Shown: positions 45,529 to 55,850, counted from the first letter of the stretch. The stretch: 64,000 bases of DNA from a candidate division WWE3 bacterium RAAC2_WWE3_1 (GCA_000503835.1 CP006914.1:379909-443908); one strand, 5' to 3'. Notes: a model not told the origin generated them from the sequence alone. A program made the numbers and translations.

Positions 45529-46392
45529 CTATAAATCGAAGGGCGTTTCCGGTGTTTCGGTGGCCCCCGCCGGTTGTTCTACAGGTACCTCTTCGGCAGC
45601 TTCCCCCGCAGGAGCGGGAGTTTCCGTACTCTCAACTACTTCGCTTTCTGCAATATCAGGATTAAGAAATTCGTAATATCTATAATCTTTTATGCTGTTT
45701 ATAAATGCGACAAAAGCCGGGGACGTAATATCCAAGGTGATGGGGTCATCCGTTACCGCAACAGATTGAACATACATATACGGAGAATCAACATTCACGT
45801 TAACATTCACCAAACCAGTTTCCTGCGTACTGGAATCCTCACCAAATCTGAATGTGGTTACATAGGCTATTCTTGCAGATTTTTCGATTTCCTGCATAAA
45901 CACTACCATTTGGTCATAAGAACCGGTCACGGTCGCCGCAACATTAACAATACCGCTTATATCTTCCTTCCTCTGGTCAGAGATAGCATCCGCGGCAGCT
46001 CCGGTTGCCCCCGAATAGGAGTAGTTCAAACGATCGACGGACATACCGGCGTTGGTCGCGATTTGGTGTATCTGGTCAAGAAGCTGTGGGACGTTAGATT
46101 CGGAAACGTACAGCTTCTCGACAAGATCGGCATTCTCCTGCAGAACGGTATTAAAATCTTTCATTTTAGAAAGAGCCGAAGCTTTGGTATTTAACACTTC
46201 CAGCACAGCGGTCTGTGAAGTAAGCTGTGTCTTAAGTTCGTTAACCTTGGTGTAGGTAGGTTTGATATATAAAAAGAACAATAAAGCGGTAACCGCCAAA
46301 CCAATGATAGGGAAGACAAAATCCACAATAATGTCTTTTATGGCACCTATGTTTATTTCTTTTATTTTATTTTCTATGTTCTCTTCGTTCAT
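45529..46392 (-). CDS. pilO: Type IV pilus assembly protein PilO-like (with acidic/Pro-rich C-terminal tail)
   Basis: Single N-terminal TM, coiled-coil, position directly downstream of pilM-pilN. Confidence 0.6.
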   Translation of the reverse strand: MNEENIENKIKEINIGAIKDIIVDFVFPIIGLAVTALLFFLYIKPTYTKVNELKTQLTSQTAVLEVLNTKASALSKMKDFNTVLQENADLVEKLYVSESNVPQLLDQIHQIATNAGMSVDRLNYSYSGATGAAADAISDQRKEDISGIVNVAATVTGSYDQMVVFMQEIEKSARIAYVTTFRFGEDSSTQETGLVNVNVNVDSPYMYVQSVAVTDDPITLDITSPAFVAFINSIKDYRYYEFLNPDIAESEVVESTETPAPAGEAAEEVPVEQPAGATETPETPFDL

Positions 46393-46402
46393 ATTTCTTC
46401 GT

Positions 46403-46978
46403 TTACAATTTTATTTTCGACGTATCGTAGTTAACCACAATAAAAAACCTGACCGTACTTTTATTTTGATCCAGTGTCACGGAATTAAGTTTTACTTCGG
46501 TAAAAAGTTCTTTTAGTTCTGCGTCACCCCCGGGAAAATCTTTGTTTAAAAGGCTGTTTATAAAATTGGCGATCAGAATATAATTGTCGGCGTCCCCCGT
46601 GTAATTTACGATTCCGTCCTTTATATCCATGGAGTCTATTCTTACACCCTCAGGCTGTCTCACTTTCAGTTCGGCCAATAAACGGGAGTAATGCGGTCTT
46701 TCGGCAATAACTTTGGAGATAGAATTATATTTCAGGTCCAAATTTCTCACAACTATCTCGGTGGCGGAAAGAGATTTTATTTTTGCTCGCTGACTTTCAA
46801 TCTGCGAATTTACGTCGTTTACCTTCGTGGATATCTCCGAATGTGCGTAGTAAAGATATCCGGAAACGCCCAGCGCCGCAACTGTCAACAGAATAAAAAG
46901 CACCGTAGTGCCCTTAACAGCCTTGCCTTTGGCTTGATACTGTATTTCTTCCTGCGGGATAAGGTTAATATTTTCCAT
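46403..46978 (-). CDS. pilN: Type IV pilus assembly protein PilN
   Basis: N-terminal INLIPQEE motif and single TM typical of PilN; follows pilM. Confidence 0.7.
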   Translation of the reverse strand: MENINLIPQEEIQYQAKGKAVKGTTVLFILLTVAALGVSGYLYYAHSEISTKVNDVNSQIESQRAKIKSLSATEIVVRNLDLKYNSISKVIAERPHYSRLLAELKVRQPEGVRIDSMDIKDGIVNYTGDADNYILIANFINSLLNKDFPGGDAELKELFTEVKLNSVTLDQNKSTVRFFIVVNYDTSKIKL

Positions 46979-48010
46979 TTAAACCTCTCTTAGAGCCAAA
47001 CCTACGGCGGTAGAATACATCGGACCGTCCTGGCTCAGATCCTTTCTTCGTGGCTCTAACTTTTGTGAAAACTGGAAATTGGCCAGCGGATTGGCAAGTT
47101 GTACCTCAAAATCAACATTTTTTGCTACATAAGTTAAAAGTTCAGGCATTAGGGCAGTACCTCCGGTTAGTATCAACCTCTTAATGTTAGCAGAGCTATT
47201 ATGCTTTGTGAAGAATACTGTTGCTCTTTTTATCTCAAGAATCAGGTTGTCCATTATAGGTCTTATTACGTTAAATATTTTGCCCTCGGCCTGCATGGGA
47301 TCCATTCCATAAACTTTTTTGTATTCTTCAGCCTGTTGAACATCCAAGTTCAGCTCCTGCTGGATTGCCTTTGTAATTATGTCCCCTCCCACCGGAATGC
47401 TTCTGGTAAAGCGTACCGCGCCGCCGTAGGTAACGACTATTATCGATCCCGAGAATCCCAAATCCATAACTATAGTCCCGAGAGGGGCGTCGGCCGAATC
47501 TCCTAAGACCCTGCCCAAAGCAAGAGTTTCGGGTTCTATTGCGTAAGGCACGAGCTTGGCTTTTTTAGCGATGGCAACATACCTTTCTAAAACATCTTTT
47601 TTGGCGGCGACTACCTGAACATTTATTTTATCTTTTTCGGTAAGATCGGGGTCGAGTCTTTGATATGAGAGGTTTATCTGGTCAAGTGGCAGGGGAATAT
47701 ATTGCTCAGCCTCATATCTCACGGCACTTCTCAGCTCCTTATCACTCATTGCGGGCACTTTTATAACGCGCATAAATACCTGACTCTCGTCCAAACCCAT
47801 TACAACATGGGAGGTTCCGAATCCCATTTCCTTGAAAAACTCGGCTATATGCTCGGCGATCAGATCCATATCTTCTCTTTTATCGGACAAAAAGTTGACC
47901 TTGGGATTTTCGTACGTGCCTATATTGGAAATTATCAACCCTTCTTTACGTTTATCCAGTTCTACGGCTCTAAATGTACTTCTGCCAAAATTTAAACCTA
48001 CAATGGGCAT
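46979..48010 (-). CDS. pilM: Type IV pilus assembly ATPase-like protein PilM (actin-like fold)
   Basis: N-terminal IGLNFGRSTFRAVEL and actin/FtsA-like phosphate motifs (IVMDLGFSGS). Confidence 0.85.
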   Translation of the reverse strand: MPIVGLNFGRSTFRAVELDKRKEGLIISNIGTYENPKVNFLSDKREDMDLIAEHIAEFFKEMGFGTSHVVMGLDESQVFMRVIKVPAMSDKELRSAVRYEAEQYIPLPLDQINLSYQRLDPDLTEKDKINVQVVAAKKDVLERYVAIAKKAKLVPYAIEPETLALGRVLGDSADAPLGTIVMDLGFSGSIIVVTYGGAVRFTRSIPVGGDIITKAIQQELNLDVQQAEEYKKVYGMDPMQAEGKIFNVIRPIMDNLILEIKRATVFFTKHNSSANIKRLILTGGTALMPELLTYVAKNVDFEVQLANPLANFQFSQKLEPRRKDLSQDGPMYSTAVGLALREV

Positions 48011-48078
48011 ACTAAAATTCTACTATCCTTTCAGGACTCAGACAAGACCGATTTTACGTTTATTCTGCGACTTTTAGG

Positions 48079-48900
48079 CTAAGGTCCGTAATTGTTGGTA
48101 AGATCCGAAACTTCGCTTGTCTGAAGTAGTGCATAATCGAAGAAAGCCGGAGCCATGGCATCTGTTTTAAGAACAGTTATATGCTTCACCGTTTCTCCGG
48201 AGTAACCGTGAGCGTCCATTATTATCCCCTGCCTTGGGATCGTCTGACCAATCGCAGGTACCGCATAAACGACCGCTCTTTCGTAATAGGGTCTGATACG
48301 GATATATTTAGGCGTCACCATAGTATTTATTGTGAAACAGTTTGGGTAGCCGTGGTTGGCCACGGCAGTATCAAATCCGTTGCCGCTGTAAGGAGAAGAC
48401 ACGGAATTTACGGCATAGGAATTTATTTTTGTGACCGCACTTTCTTCGTATATATACGCCGCATGTATTGAGGACGCACTTTGCCAGCAAACATCAAGGG
48501 AGGAACCTGATGTGTACCCCTGCAAACTTATTTGACCGGCCTCTCCCGGCTCGAGGCCTAGCGAAAAAGGATCGGTGGAATTTCCGGAATACTCTAAAGT
48601 AACATTGGCGCTGATAATATTTCCGTTGGGCTCCGTTATGCTGTAGGTGCAGGCACTTCCGCAGTTCCCGAACGCTATGTATCCTTCCAATGTTTCATTT
48701 GGAACCACCAGAAGACGCTCAATTATAGCCTCTGCGGCTCTGAGAGCTTTTGTACTGTCATCTGTCCTTACAAAACCTTTAAGTGTGCTCATGAAACGGT
48801 TCGATATGGTTACCCCGATTGTCGTGGCGACTATCATTAAGAAAACCATCACTACCAGGGTTTGCCCTGTCTGGTCTTTGATTTTTGACGGAATTCTCAT
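48079..48900 (-). CDS. PilX/ComGG-like pilus-associated protein (paralog of 52832..53710)
   Basis: Degenerate pilin-like N-terminal helix GQTLVVMVFLMIVATTIGV without G/E cleavage motif; shared motifs DDSTKALRAAEAIIERLL and C-terminal APAFFDYA with paralog. Confidence 0.45.
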   Translation of the reverse strand: MRIPSKIKDQTGQTLVVMVFLMIVATTIGVTISNRFMSTLKGFVRTDDSTKALRAAEAIIERLLVVPNETLEGYIAFGNCGSACTYSITEPNGNIISANVTLEYSGNSTDPFSLGLEPGEAGQISLQGYTSGSSLDVCWQSASSIHAAYIYEESAVTKINSYAVNSVSSPYSGNGFDTAVANHGYPNCFTINTMVTPKYIRIRPYYERAVVYAVPAIGQTIPRQGIIMDAHGYSGETVKHITVLKTDAMAPAFFDYALLQTSEVSDLTNNYGP

Positions 48901-48911
48901 ATCAATATGGC

Positions 48912-49436
48912 CTAATAGCTCCTGATAGTAACCGCGTTAAGTATATCCGAATACTCGCCGCTATTTCCTGACACCGGTGCAAATCTTATGTGCATCTTCA
49001 CCGTTTGTGGGGTAGTTCCCACAACGGAGAAACATGTGCTACCTGTCAACATACAGGAAACAGCCACGCCACCGGTACCAAAGCTGCTGGTCAGGTCCAC
49101 GGCGGCTGCACCGGTGGGGTTTTCTACCTGCAACTTATTTCCATTAAGTTTATAGGTGACGCTAGCACTTCCTTCTTTTGAAATAGTGAGAGTATTGGTG
49201 TATCCTACTGAGGTAATGCCCGTAGCGCTGCGTAACTCACGTTCAATCTTTAGTCCCACAAAATTTGCCTGCTGTTCAACTTCATTTTTTATCTGAGTCT
49301 TATTGTAACTGCGAACAAGGGAAACCAGTATATCGTTCGTCACCCCAATGGATATTCCCAAAAGAGCAATAACTACCAACAACTCCACAAGGGTAAATCC
49401 TTTATTTTCTTTTTCCAAAGTTGCCCTGATTTTCAT
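48912..49436 (-). CDS. Minor (pseudo)pilin, prepilin-type N-terminal methylation domain
   Basis: KGFTLVELLVVIALLGI class III signal; start at internal Met (ATGA overlap with upstream gene). Confidence 0.7.
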   Translation of the reverse strand: MKIRATLEKENKGFTLVELLVVIALLGISIGVTNDILVSLVRSYNKTQIKNEVEQQANFVGLKIERELRSATGITSVGYTNTLTISKEGSASVTYKLNGNKLQVENPTGAAAVDLTSSFGTGGVAVSCMLTGSTCFSVVGTTPQTVKMHIRFAPVSGNSGEYSDILNAVTIRSY

Positions 49437-49915
49437 TTTTGTTGCCAATTCGTAAAATCGGTATATACAAATGTTTCTTTGTTCTGACCGCCGACACTCC
49501 ACGCAGACTGCACTGTGACCTGGATGGCCGTGCTAACGGGCGCGGCGTAAAAACGTGTGAGGATGGGTGTGCCCCCGGCGGCTGTCGGTACACTTCCGGC
49601 TTTTACAACTAACGGATCCGCATTAATATCTATATAACACCCGCCCAACGCCGGCGTACATCCGGATGTCGTACTAACAAAAGTTGCCCAGCTGGTTGCT
49701 GATTGATCCCTGTAAGCCCGGACTAACTCCATTTGTGTATTGGCAGCTTTTGTACCTTCCATCAATAAAGTACTCTGCAACGATGTCCTTAACGAAAACA
49801 GGGTGAGGGAGAGTAGAGAAGTAATTACCACAACCGAAATACCCAACGCCGCTATTACTTCCACAAGTCCTATCCCTTTTTGTTCTTTCAAAAAATTTTT
49901 TAAAGTTTGCCGCAT
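49433..49915 (-). CDS. Minor (pseudo)pilin
   Basis: KGIGLVEVIAALGISVVV prepilin-like N-terminus (Glu5 present). Confidence 0.65.
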   Translation of the reverse strand: MRQTLKNFLKEQKGIGLVEVIAALGISVVVITSLLSLTLFSLRTSLQSTLLMEGTKAANTQMELVRAYRDQSATSWATFVSTTSGCTPALGGCYIDINADPLVVKAGSVPTAAGGTPILTRFYAAPVSTAIQVTVQSAWSVGGQNKETFVYTDFTNWQQK

Positions 49916-49920
49916 AGTTA

Positions 49921-50469
49921 CTAATTTGAATTGAATATCAACCCGGCTTTATTAATTAGTATGTTTTTGACTGTTGCTGTATCCGACGAATGCCGAAGGC
50001 TTATAGTGGTATCCGGTATAGGAACAGTTAATCCGGTAGTAGCATTTCTCTCAAAAACCGAACCGTCTTCTAAACTGAATAGGAGACAATGTGCGCCGGA
50101 TGAAACAATCGAAATGCCGGACGAAAGTGTTACTGTCTGCTGGAGTGTTGCGTTAACAGTACAGCTGTTGGAAGCAGTTAAGTAAAAGCTGTATGTTCCA
50201 TTAGAACCTGCTACGTCGGAATATAGAACAGCCCAATAAAGAGCGGGGTTGCCGTTTATCAAAGTGTCTGCCCCTGTTCCCGTCAGCGCCCTATTTTGTG
50301 CACTCCTCAAGTCGCTTTTCAAATTTTCCTGCGCCTGCTTTAAAGTTTGGTTTCTGGTGTAACCGGAAAAAGAGGGAATCATTATCCCTGAAACTACCGC
50401 AAGAATACCTACAACAATCATTAACTCCACCAATGTAAATCCTTTACTAGCCGAGCGGGGCAGTTTCAT
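49921..50469 (-). CDS. Minor (pseudo)pilin (GspH/FimT-like)
   Basis: KGFTLVELMIVVGILAVV class III signal. Confidence 0.7.
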   Translation of the reverse strand: MKLPRSASKGFTLVELMIVVGILAVVSGIMIPSFSGYTRNQTLKQAQENLKSDLRSAQNRALTGTGADTLINGNPALYWAVLYSDVAGSNGTYSFYLTASNSCTVNATLQQTVTLSSGISIVSSGAHCLLFSLEDGSVFERNATTGLTVPIPDTTISLRHSSDTATVKNILINKAGLIFNSN

Positions 50470-50490
50470 ATATAAATACTAGCACAAAAA

Positions 50491-50982
50491 TTATGGTGTA
50501 ATCAGCAGTAAGTTGACGCCCATCTCATATTTTGCGGGATCGTTGCCGCCGTCGGAAGAAGCTTCCTCGGTTAATTGCTCTAAACGGGTGCTGATCTCGT
50601 AGCCTGCAGTGTTGTGGATATACTCATAATGGTATGTCGTATCATTTATAGGATCGGTGGGATATTTTGATATGTAATCGGAGAGATCTACCGGAATCCA
50701 ACCCGCCACAGCCGAGTATATATTCGGCGATCCTGTGGGAACTATATCGCTCGTGTACAAAAAACTTTCCTGCCCGGGATATTGACCGTAATCAAGTTTG
50801 TATTCATTAACGGCCCTGTCTAAAGTTGAGACGTCTGATAATCTTTTGTTATCACGGGCTTTGCCTTTTGAAGAAGCCGGGGATATAAGTGAAATGACGG
50901 TACCCATGAGTACCAGTAAGACTGCCGTAACGATGGCTATCTCCAGAAGAGTGAATGCGTTTGTATCAACGAACCTTTTCAT
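50491..50982 (-). CDS. Type IV pilin / GspG-like pseudopilin
   Basis: NAFTLLEIAIVTAVLLVL (Ala at -1) followed by GspG-type KARDNKRLSD. Confidence 0.65.
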   Translation of the reverse strand: MKRFVDTNAFTLLEIAIVTAVLLVLMGTVISLISPASSKGKARDNKRLSDVSTLDRAVNEYKLDYGQYPGQESFLYTSDIVPTGSPNIYSAVAGWIPVDLSDYISKYPTDPINDTTYHYEYIHNTAGYEISTRLEQLTEEASSDGGNDPAKYEMGVNLLLITP

Positions 50983-50984
50983 GA

Positions 50985-51512
50985 TTAAAAAGGGTTTTGG
51001 ACGGCGTAACAGTTAGTATTGGTACCACAATTACACCATGACGCAAAAGTACAGGCAGAAACAGCACTGCATCTTGAAGTGATGGATGCATCTATTTCCA
51101 TACGGGCTATTAAAGCATATCTCGAGGCAGTTGCTCTATAACTGTAGCCATAGGCAGCATCTGCGCAACCCGCAAAAACATCGGTACCCTGAGACGGGTC
51201 CACAGGTAATTGACTTATATAACTTGTAGGGGATATGAGAGCTCCTAAACCTGTGGTTGCATTATTGACACTTGCCGAAACGAAGGCTGCACTTGGGACC
51301 GGATAACTACGTTTGTCCGTAAAATATAACTCTAAGGCTGTTTGTATCCTTTTTAAATCAGATACCCTCTGCGAGTCACGGGACTTCTGCCTGACACCCT
51401 GAACATTTATTGCATTTAAAACAACACCACTTAGAATACCTATTACGCTTATAACTATTAGAAGCTCTATTAAGGTGAATCCTAAATTGGTTTTTTTGTT
51501 TTTAAAATTCAT
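50985..51512 (-). CDS. Type IV pilin / GspG-like
   Basis: LGFTLIELLIVISVIGILSG ... KSRDSQRVSDL. Confidence 0.75.
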   Translation of the reverse strand: MNFKNKKTNLGFTLIELLIVISVIGILSGVVLNAINVQGVRQKSRDSQRVSDLKRIQTALELYFTDKRSYPVPSAAFVSASVNNATTGLGALISPTSYISQLPVDPSQGTDVFAGCADAAYGYSYRATASRYALIARMEIDASITSRCSAVSACTFASWCNCGTNTNCYAVQNPF

Positions 51513-51524
51513 GGTGTTGCAAAA

Positions 51525-52067
51525 TTAAAGACAAGACGCCCCTGTCGAAGCCAGGTTACATACCTGTCCCCCCGCACCAAGGTCATTTCCAGTTGCAGAA
51601 CCGTTGCAGGTAGCTGCGATCGGACAATCCAATACAACCCCGCCACACTCAGGTTTGCCGCCGGTATACGAAGCGTTATGGGGAGACACAAATTTGTAAA
51701 GCCTGCTCTGTGAATTTAAAACGCCCACGCAGAAGAAATTTATATTACCCTCCGTCATCGTATAGTAAACATACTGAGAACCGGGCCAGGAGTTTAGATA
51801 AGTCGACAGCATAGGATTGACAAGAACATTTGTATCAGGAACACCCGCACTACTGACGGGATACTTACCCTCACCGGCATAGTAAGCTTCGATTGCGGCA
51901 GCAACATTCTGTAAGTTCGATATCTTTACACCATCCTGAGCCCTTTCCCTTTGTTTTGTAGGATTTATAACTGCCACAGTTATACCAGCCAATATCCCTA
52001 TAATAGAAATTACTAAGAGTAATTCAACTAAAGTGAGTCCCTGATTTTTATAATTGTAATTTTTCAC
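51525..52067 (-). CDS. Type IV pilin / GspG-like
   Basis: QGLTLVELLLVISIIGILAG ... RERAQDGVKISNL. Confidence 0.75.
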   Translation of the reverse strand: MKNYNYKNQGLTLVELLLVISIIGILAGITVAVINPTKQRERAQDGVKISNLQNVAAAIEAYYAGEGKYPVSSAGVPDTNVLVNPMLSTYLNSWPGSQYVYYTMTEGNINFFCVGVLNSQSRLYKFVSPHNASYTGGKPECGGVVLDCPIAATCNGSATGNDLGAGGQVCNLASTGASCL

Positions 52068-52121
52068 GATATTTTAAAAACTTACCGGGCTCAATAAAGA
52101 GCCCGGAAGTATATAACCTAA

Positions 52122-52685
52122 CTAAGGCGTCACACAGTTCGCGGGAGGCGATGCGGTATCACAATGCTGGATTTGTCCTGCTGCAGTACCATTGTTCATG
52201 TATCTGAACACAGTAGTTCCGGCACCAAACGATTTAGCGTAAATCGTAAAATTGGGGCTCGAGGCGGTCCCCATGTAGCGGTACAAACACGTGTTACCGG
52301 AACCCGGAGCTGTTGAACCCGTGTACCCGTTCACCGCACCGCAAGTATCTGGTAGTTGATTTCCCGTAACAATAAAGTCACAAGTGTAATCCGCACCACC
52401 GGCAGCACAGCTGGCATTAGGCGAAGAGGCTGAGGCCGAAAGTCCGGAAATAAACTGTACATCGTTAGGAGAGTTACCATACGCTGAAATATACCCCTGC
52501 GTAGCAAGAGCCACTTTGTTTATTGTAGCCTTAACATTGGCATCCCTGGCCTTACTTTGTTGGGCTTGGGGATCTATAACAGCAATCAAAACACCGGCTA
52601 AAATACCGATGATAACGATAACCAATAAAAGCTCGATAAGTGTAAAACCCGAAGCAGAAATCATTCTCTTTCTCAATTCTTTCAT
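52122..52685 (-). CDS. Type IV pilin / GspG-like
   Basis: SGFTLIELLLVIVIIGILAG ... KARDANVKATIN. Confidence 0.75.
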   Translation of the reverse strand: MKELRKRMISASGFTLIELLLVIVIIGILAGVLIAVIDPQAQQSKARDANVKATINKVALATQGYISAYGNSPNDVQFISGLSASASSPNASCAAGGADYTCDFIVTGNQLPDTCGAVNGYTGSTAPGSGNTCLYRYMGTASSPNFTIYAKSFGAGTTVFRYMNNGTAAGQIQHCDTASPPANCVTP

Positions 52686-52831
52686 CTGCTTCTCACCCCC
52701 CTCCTTCTATCTAATCCAATTCCAGATTTTAAAATTAACTTGGGCAGTTTATACATCTCTTCTTAAATTATGACTTCGCCCATAATGAGTGTCAATACGA
52801 TTCCGCCTTTATCGGGCAGGCTTTGAATAAA

Positions 52832-53710
52832 CTAGGGCACATCGTTGTTCGAAAATATTGCGTAGTCAAAAAATGCAGGGGCTGTATTGTAAGATCTGTA
52901 GACCACGATTGCCTTTGTGGTTTTAATGTCTCCATCCTGAACAAGCTCTCCCCTTGAATACAATCTGTACCCCTGAGCCGGTAGAGAAGAGGGGCTCACG
53001 GGGACGACTGCAACTTTTGAACCCTGAAAGATACTCCTGACTCTGAGCCCGGTCATGCCTGTAACCGACACATTGTGACAATAGGGAAGGGGATACCCCT
53101 CGCGGATAGCCTCGCCTTTGGCATCCGTAAAACCGGTTGAGGATATGTCGGTGCTAAAAACCAAATTTCCCGAAGCTTTTAAAAAATTTCGGGTCGTCGT
53201 AACCGGTCCGTACAAAATATATTCTATTGCGGAGCTGCTATTCTGCCAGCACAGTCTTATCGAGTTCATGCCGGTCAACTCGATATTCTTGGTCTGACCT
53301 GACGGAATATCGGTTTCGTAGTATGCGGTGCTACCCATAATATCCGTGTGGCTGAAAGTTTTAGCGCTCAACACCGCTCTTGACTCAGCGTTGTCGGACA
53401 CGGCTTTTTGATAATTCAGGACACATCTGGTTGTATCGCCGGGGATTGAAGAAAAACCCATTTCCTGACAATTTGGGTTTTTAGCTGAAAGCCTGTCTAA
53501 AAGCTGTTCGGACTGCGCAAGTAGTCTGTCTATACCGCCTTCGGCGGCAGCGAACACTCTGGCGGATGTGTCAGACCTGGAGACCCGTGAAGACACCTGC
53601 AGCGTTCGACTGCTCACTGCAACTCCCACGGACAGAGCTATGGTCATCGCAACAACAACGAATAATAGAGCCTGACCATTGTTATTTAATTTCCTAAATT
53701 GTCCTTTCAT
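52832..53710 (-). CDS. PilX/ComGG-like pilus-associated protein (paralog of 48079..48900)
   Basis: GQALLFVVVAMTIALSVGV N-helix, DTSARVFAAAEGGIDRLL, C-terminal APAFFDYAIF; start at internal Met overlapping upstream stop. Confidence 0.45.
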   Translation of the reverse strand: MKGQFRKLNNNGQALLFVVVAMTIALSVGVAVSSRTLQVSSRVSRSDTSARVFAAAEGGIDRLLAQSEQLLDRLSAKNPNCQEMGFSSIPGDTTRCVLNYQKAVSDNAESRAVLSAKTFSHTDIMGSTAYYETDIPSGQTKNIELTGMNSIRLCWQNSSSAIEYILYGPVTTTRNFLKASGNLVFSTDISSTGFTDAKGEAIREGYPLPYCHNVSVTGMTGLRVRSIFQGSKVAVVPVSPSSLPAQGYRLYSRGELVQDGDIKTTKAIVVYRSYNTAPAFFDYAIFSNNDVP

Positions 53711-53711
53711 A

Positions 53712-55850
53712 TTAATTTTCCGTCTCACGCACGTTTTCAAATTCGTACCTGACATCGAAAACTTCAAGCCCGGTCTTTATGCCTCTTTCCGAATTGTATT
53801 TTATAAATTTTGTAACCTTGTCCAGAAGATCCAAAGGATAATTGACCGCCGTGGCAGGATGTGTATTGTTGCCAAGCCCCAGGTCGCGCAGCATCTGCAG
53901 TCCTTTGTTCAACGAACCGCCCGGTTTGGTGTTTATCAAAGATCCGTTAAAGACGATCGGATCGTCAGGAGAGACCTCAGTATAATCACTGCCTACCTCG
54001 ATACCGGTAGAAGAAATAATAACCGCCTCGACCTGTGGGGGAGTATCGGGGTTAAATGTGGAAAGGGGAGTGGAAAGCGACGGGTCTATCTTTACATGAG
54101 CTTTGGTTATGATTACGACATTTCCGGGCGCAGTTGTGACACCCAGGGGAGCGGCGGTACTTTTGATAGGGCTGTCTATAATAAGGGTATCCGACGGGTT
54201 CCCTTCTACGTAAACAAACGCTACGGCGGGGGAATTGCTTACTCTATAACCTCCGGTGAATTGTCTCGGGGAGTCGTAGGGCGATGGTATGGGTGTTAAG
54301 TAACTGGTTCCGGTCAAGGGAAAATAGTAAAGACCCGAGCTGCCGTTAAAATCAGCAACACTCATTTTATGTACACCCGGCCTTATCTGGCCACCCAGGT
54401 TCGTCAGGGTTCGGGCGGTGTCCGGTATCTTTATGTCCAATCTTTCGGAAACAACCTCTTCCTCCCCGATATTTTTAGCATACCCGCCGCCGGTGCCCTC
54501 AGAAATGTCCGGGGGAAACGGGGAGTTACGCATGGACAATGCGTAGATATTACTTCCTAAACTGAGTTTGTTAAGGTTCAGCATACCGCCGTAGAACTTT
54601 TTTTCCTTCGTTTGGGTCATTGCGGTCTCGGAAGAACACGGACCGGGGTTTGTGAAAGTTCTTGAAAAGGCATCACCGTCTACAACGGCAACCCAGGGAT
54701 CTTTTTTAATCTTGGACATCTGCAGGGTAGTAGTTTGCGTTGTCAAAGTGGTGGTTTGATTAATCGTAATGCAGTTCTGTTGAGTGTCGTATTTTGTACT
54801 ATCTGCACACCGAACACTATATGTCTGACACATATCTTCTGAATAAGACGGACATAGCTGGATTGTTTTCGACGGAGAATAACTAAGGGTCATCTTAACC
54901 TGACCGTTCGCGTCCGTAATATAAGATAAATTTGTGGTGGGCTCGTACACAGATGCTTTGGGCAATACTCTAATAGATGTGCCCGGACATGCGTTGGTGT
55001 CATATAATGTTTCCTTGACGGTAACGGTCAGTTCCATTTTAGTTACGTTCGTAAAAATGTAAGTAGCAGAGGTGTTGGTTTCTGTCCCATTATCAGAAAT
55101 AACATACCAGCTATATGTTCTATTCACAGAAGTATCCAGTGCATAGGTAATTTCCGTCGTAGGGTCCAAAATATTTCCCCCTTGTTGGACAAAACCGACC
55201 CCGTCCCCCTTATCGACATACACCCTATAAATTTTTGACTCATCTCCTGTGCAATTTTCGCCCCAACCTGCAATAGCATTCCAGTCTAAAACTACCGTTC
55301 CGGCGTTTTGAAAAGAAGTTCCGTTTGCGGGACTCTGCAGAGTAACCTGATCGGGAGCGGTGTCTGTACAGATAGAACCACCTGCGCAGTATTCGCATTT
55401 GTCGTCCGGATTAATATAAATACGGTTGTTTATGGCATTTTCAGGACACGTCGGGCTGAGTCTCTCCTTGCATTTCGGGGAGAACCAACATAAACCCTCA
55501 TCCAAACACTCAGTCCTCGTCCTAGGCCAGGCATCGTCCGTTTCAGTAGATGTTTTAGGGCATGCGCCCGGAGTCTTCTCGGTGCATACCCCCACCGCCC
55601 CATACCAACACCCGTTATTGGATTTCTGACAATCATCGCTCGGACAGCCATTAGCATAACAGCACATGTCATCGTACCCTCCTGTTAGCGGGGAAGAGTC
55701 ACAAACCCACCAACCGGAGCGGCATTCTCCGACAGAACAGGTGGCTGCATAGGTTTTATTAGAGTAGAGTGCACCAAAAAATATAACAAACGCCGTAACT
55801 AACAGGGCTGTGGTTTTTAGGTTGTACTTAAATATGCTCAGGTTTTTCAT
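53712..55850 (-). CDS. Large secreted Cys-rich protein (putative pilus-associated adhesin/tip protein)
   Basis: Signal peptide MKNLSIFKYNLKTTALLVTAFVIFFGALYS; N-terminal module with ~30 Cys in 200 aa (CSVGECRSGWWVC...CCYANGC...), then beta-rich repeats. Confidence 0.55.
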   Translation of the reverse strand: MKNLSIFKYNLKTTALLVTAFVIFFGALYSNKTYAATCSVGECRSGWWVCDSSPLTGGYDDMCCYANGCPSDDCQKSNNGCWYGAVGVCTEKTPGACPKTSTETDDAWPRTRTECLDEGLCWFSPKCKERLSPTCPENAINNRIYINPDDKCEYCAGGSICTDTAPDQVTLQSPANGTSFQNAGTVVLDWNAIAGWGENCTGDESKIYRVYVDKGDGVGFVQQGGNILDPTTEITYALDTSVNRTYSWYVISDNGTETNTSATYIFTNVTKMELTVTVKETLYDTNACPGTSIRVLPKASVYEPTTNLSYITDANGQVKMTLSYSPSKTIQLCPSYSEDMCQTYSVRCADSTKYDTQQNCITINQTTTLTTQTTTLQMSKIKKDPWVAVVDGDAFSRTFTNPGPCSSETAMTQTKEKKFYGGMLNLNKLSLGSNIYALSMRNSPFPPDISEGTGGGYAKNIGEEEVVSERLDIKIPDTARTLTNLGGQIRPGVHKMSVADFNGSSGLYYFPLTGTSYLTPIPSPYDSPRQFTGGYRVSNSPAVAFVYVEGNPSDTLIIDSPIKSTAAPLGVTTAPGNVVIITKAHVKIDPSLSTPLSTFNPDTPPQVEAVIISSTGIEVGSDYTEVSPDDPIVFNGSLINTKPGGSLNKGLQMLRDLGLGNNTHPATAVNYPLDLLDKVTKFIKYNSERGIKTGLEVFDVRYEFENVRETEN

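Noticed and set aside
45574-46194. 206-aa plus-strand ORF
   Set aside because: Antisense within the pilO-like gene; Arg/Ile-rich low-complexity product.
53679-54299. 206-aa plus-strand ORF
   Set aside because: Antisense within the large Cys-rich secreted protein gene.
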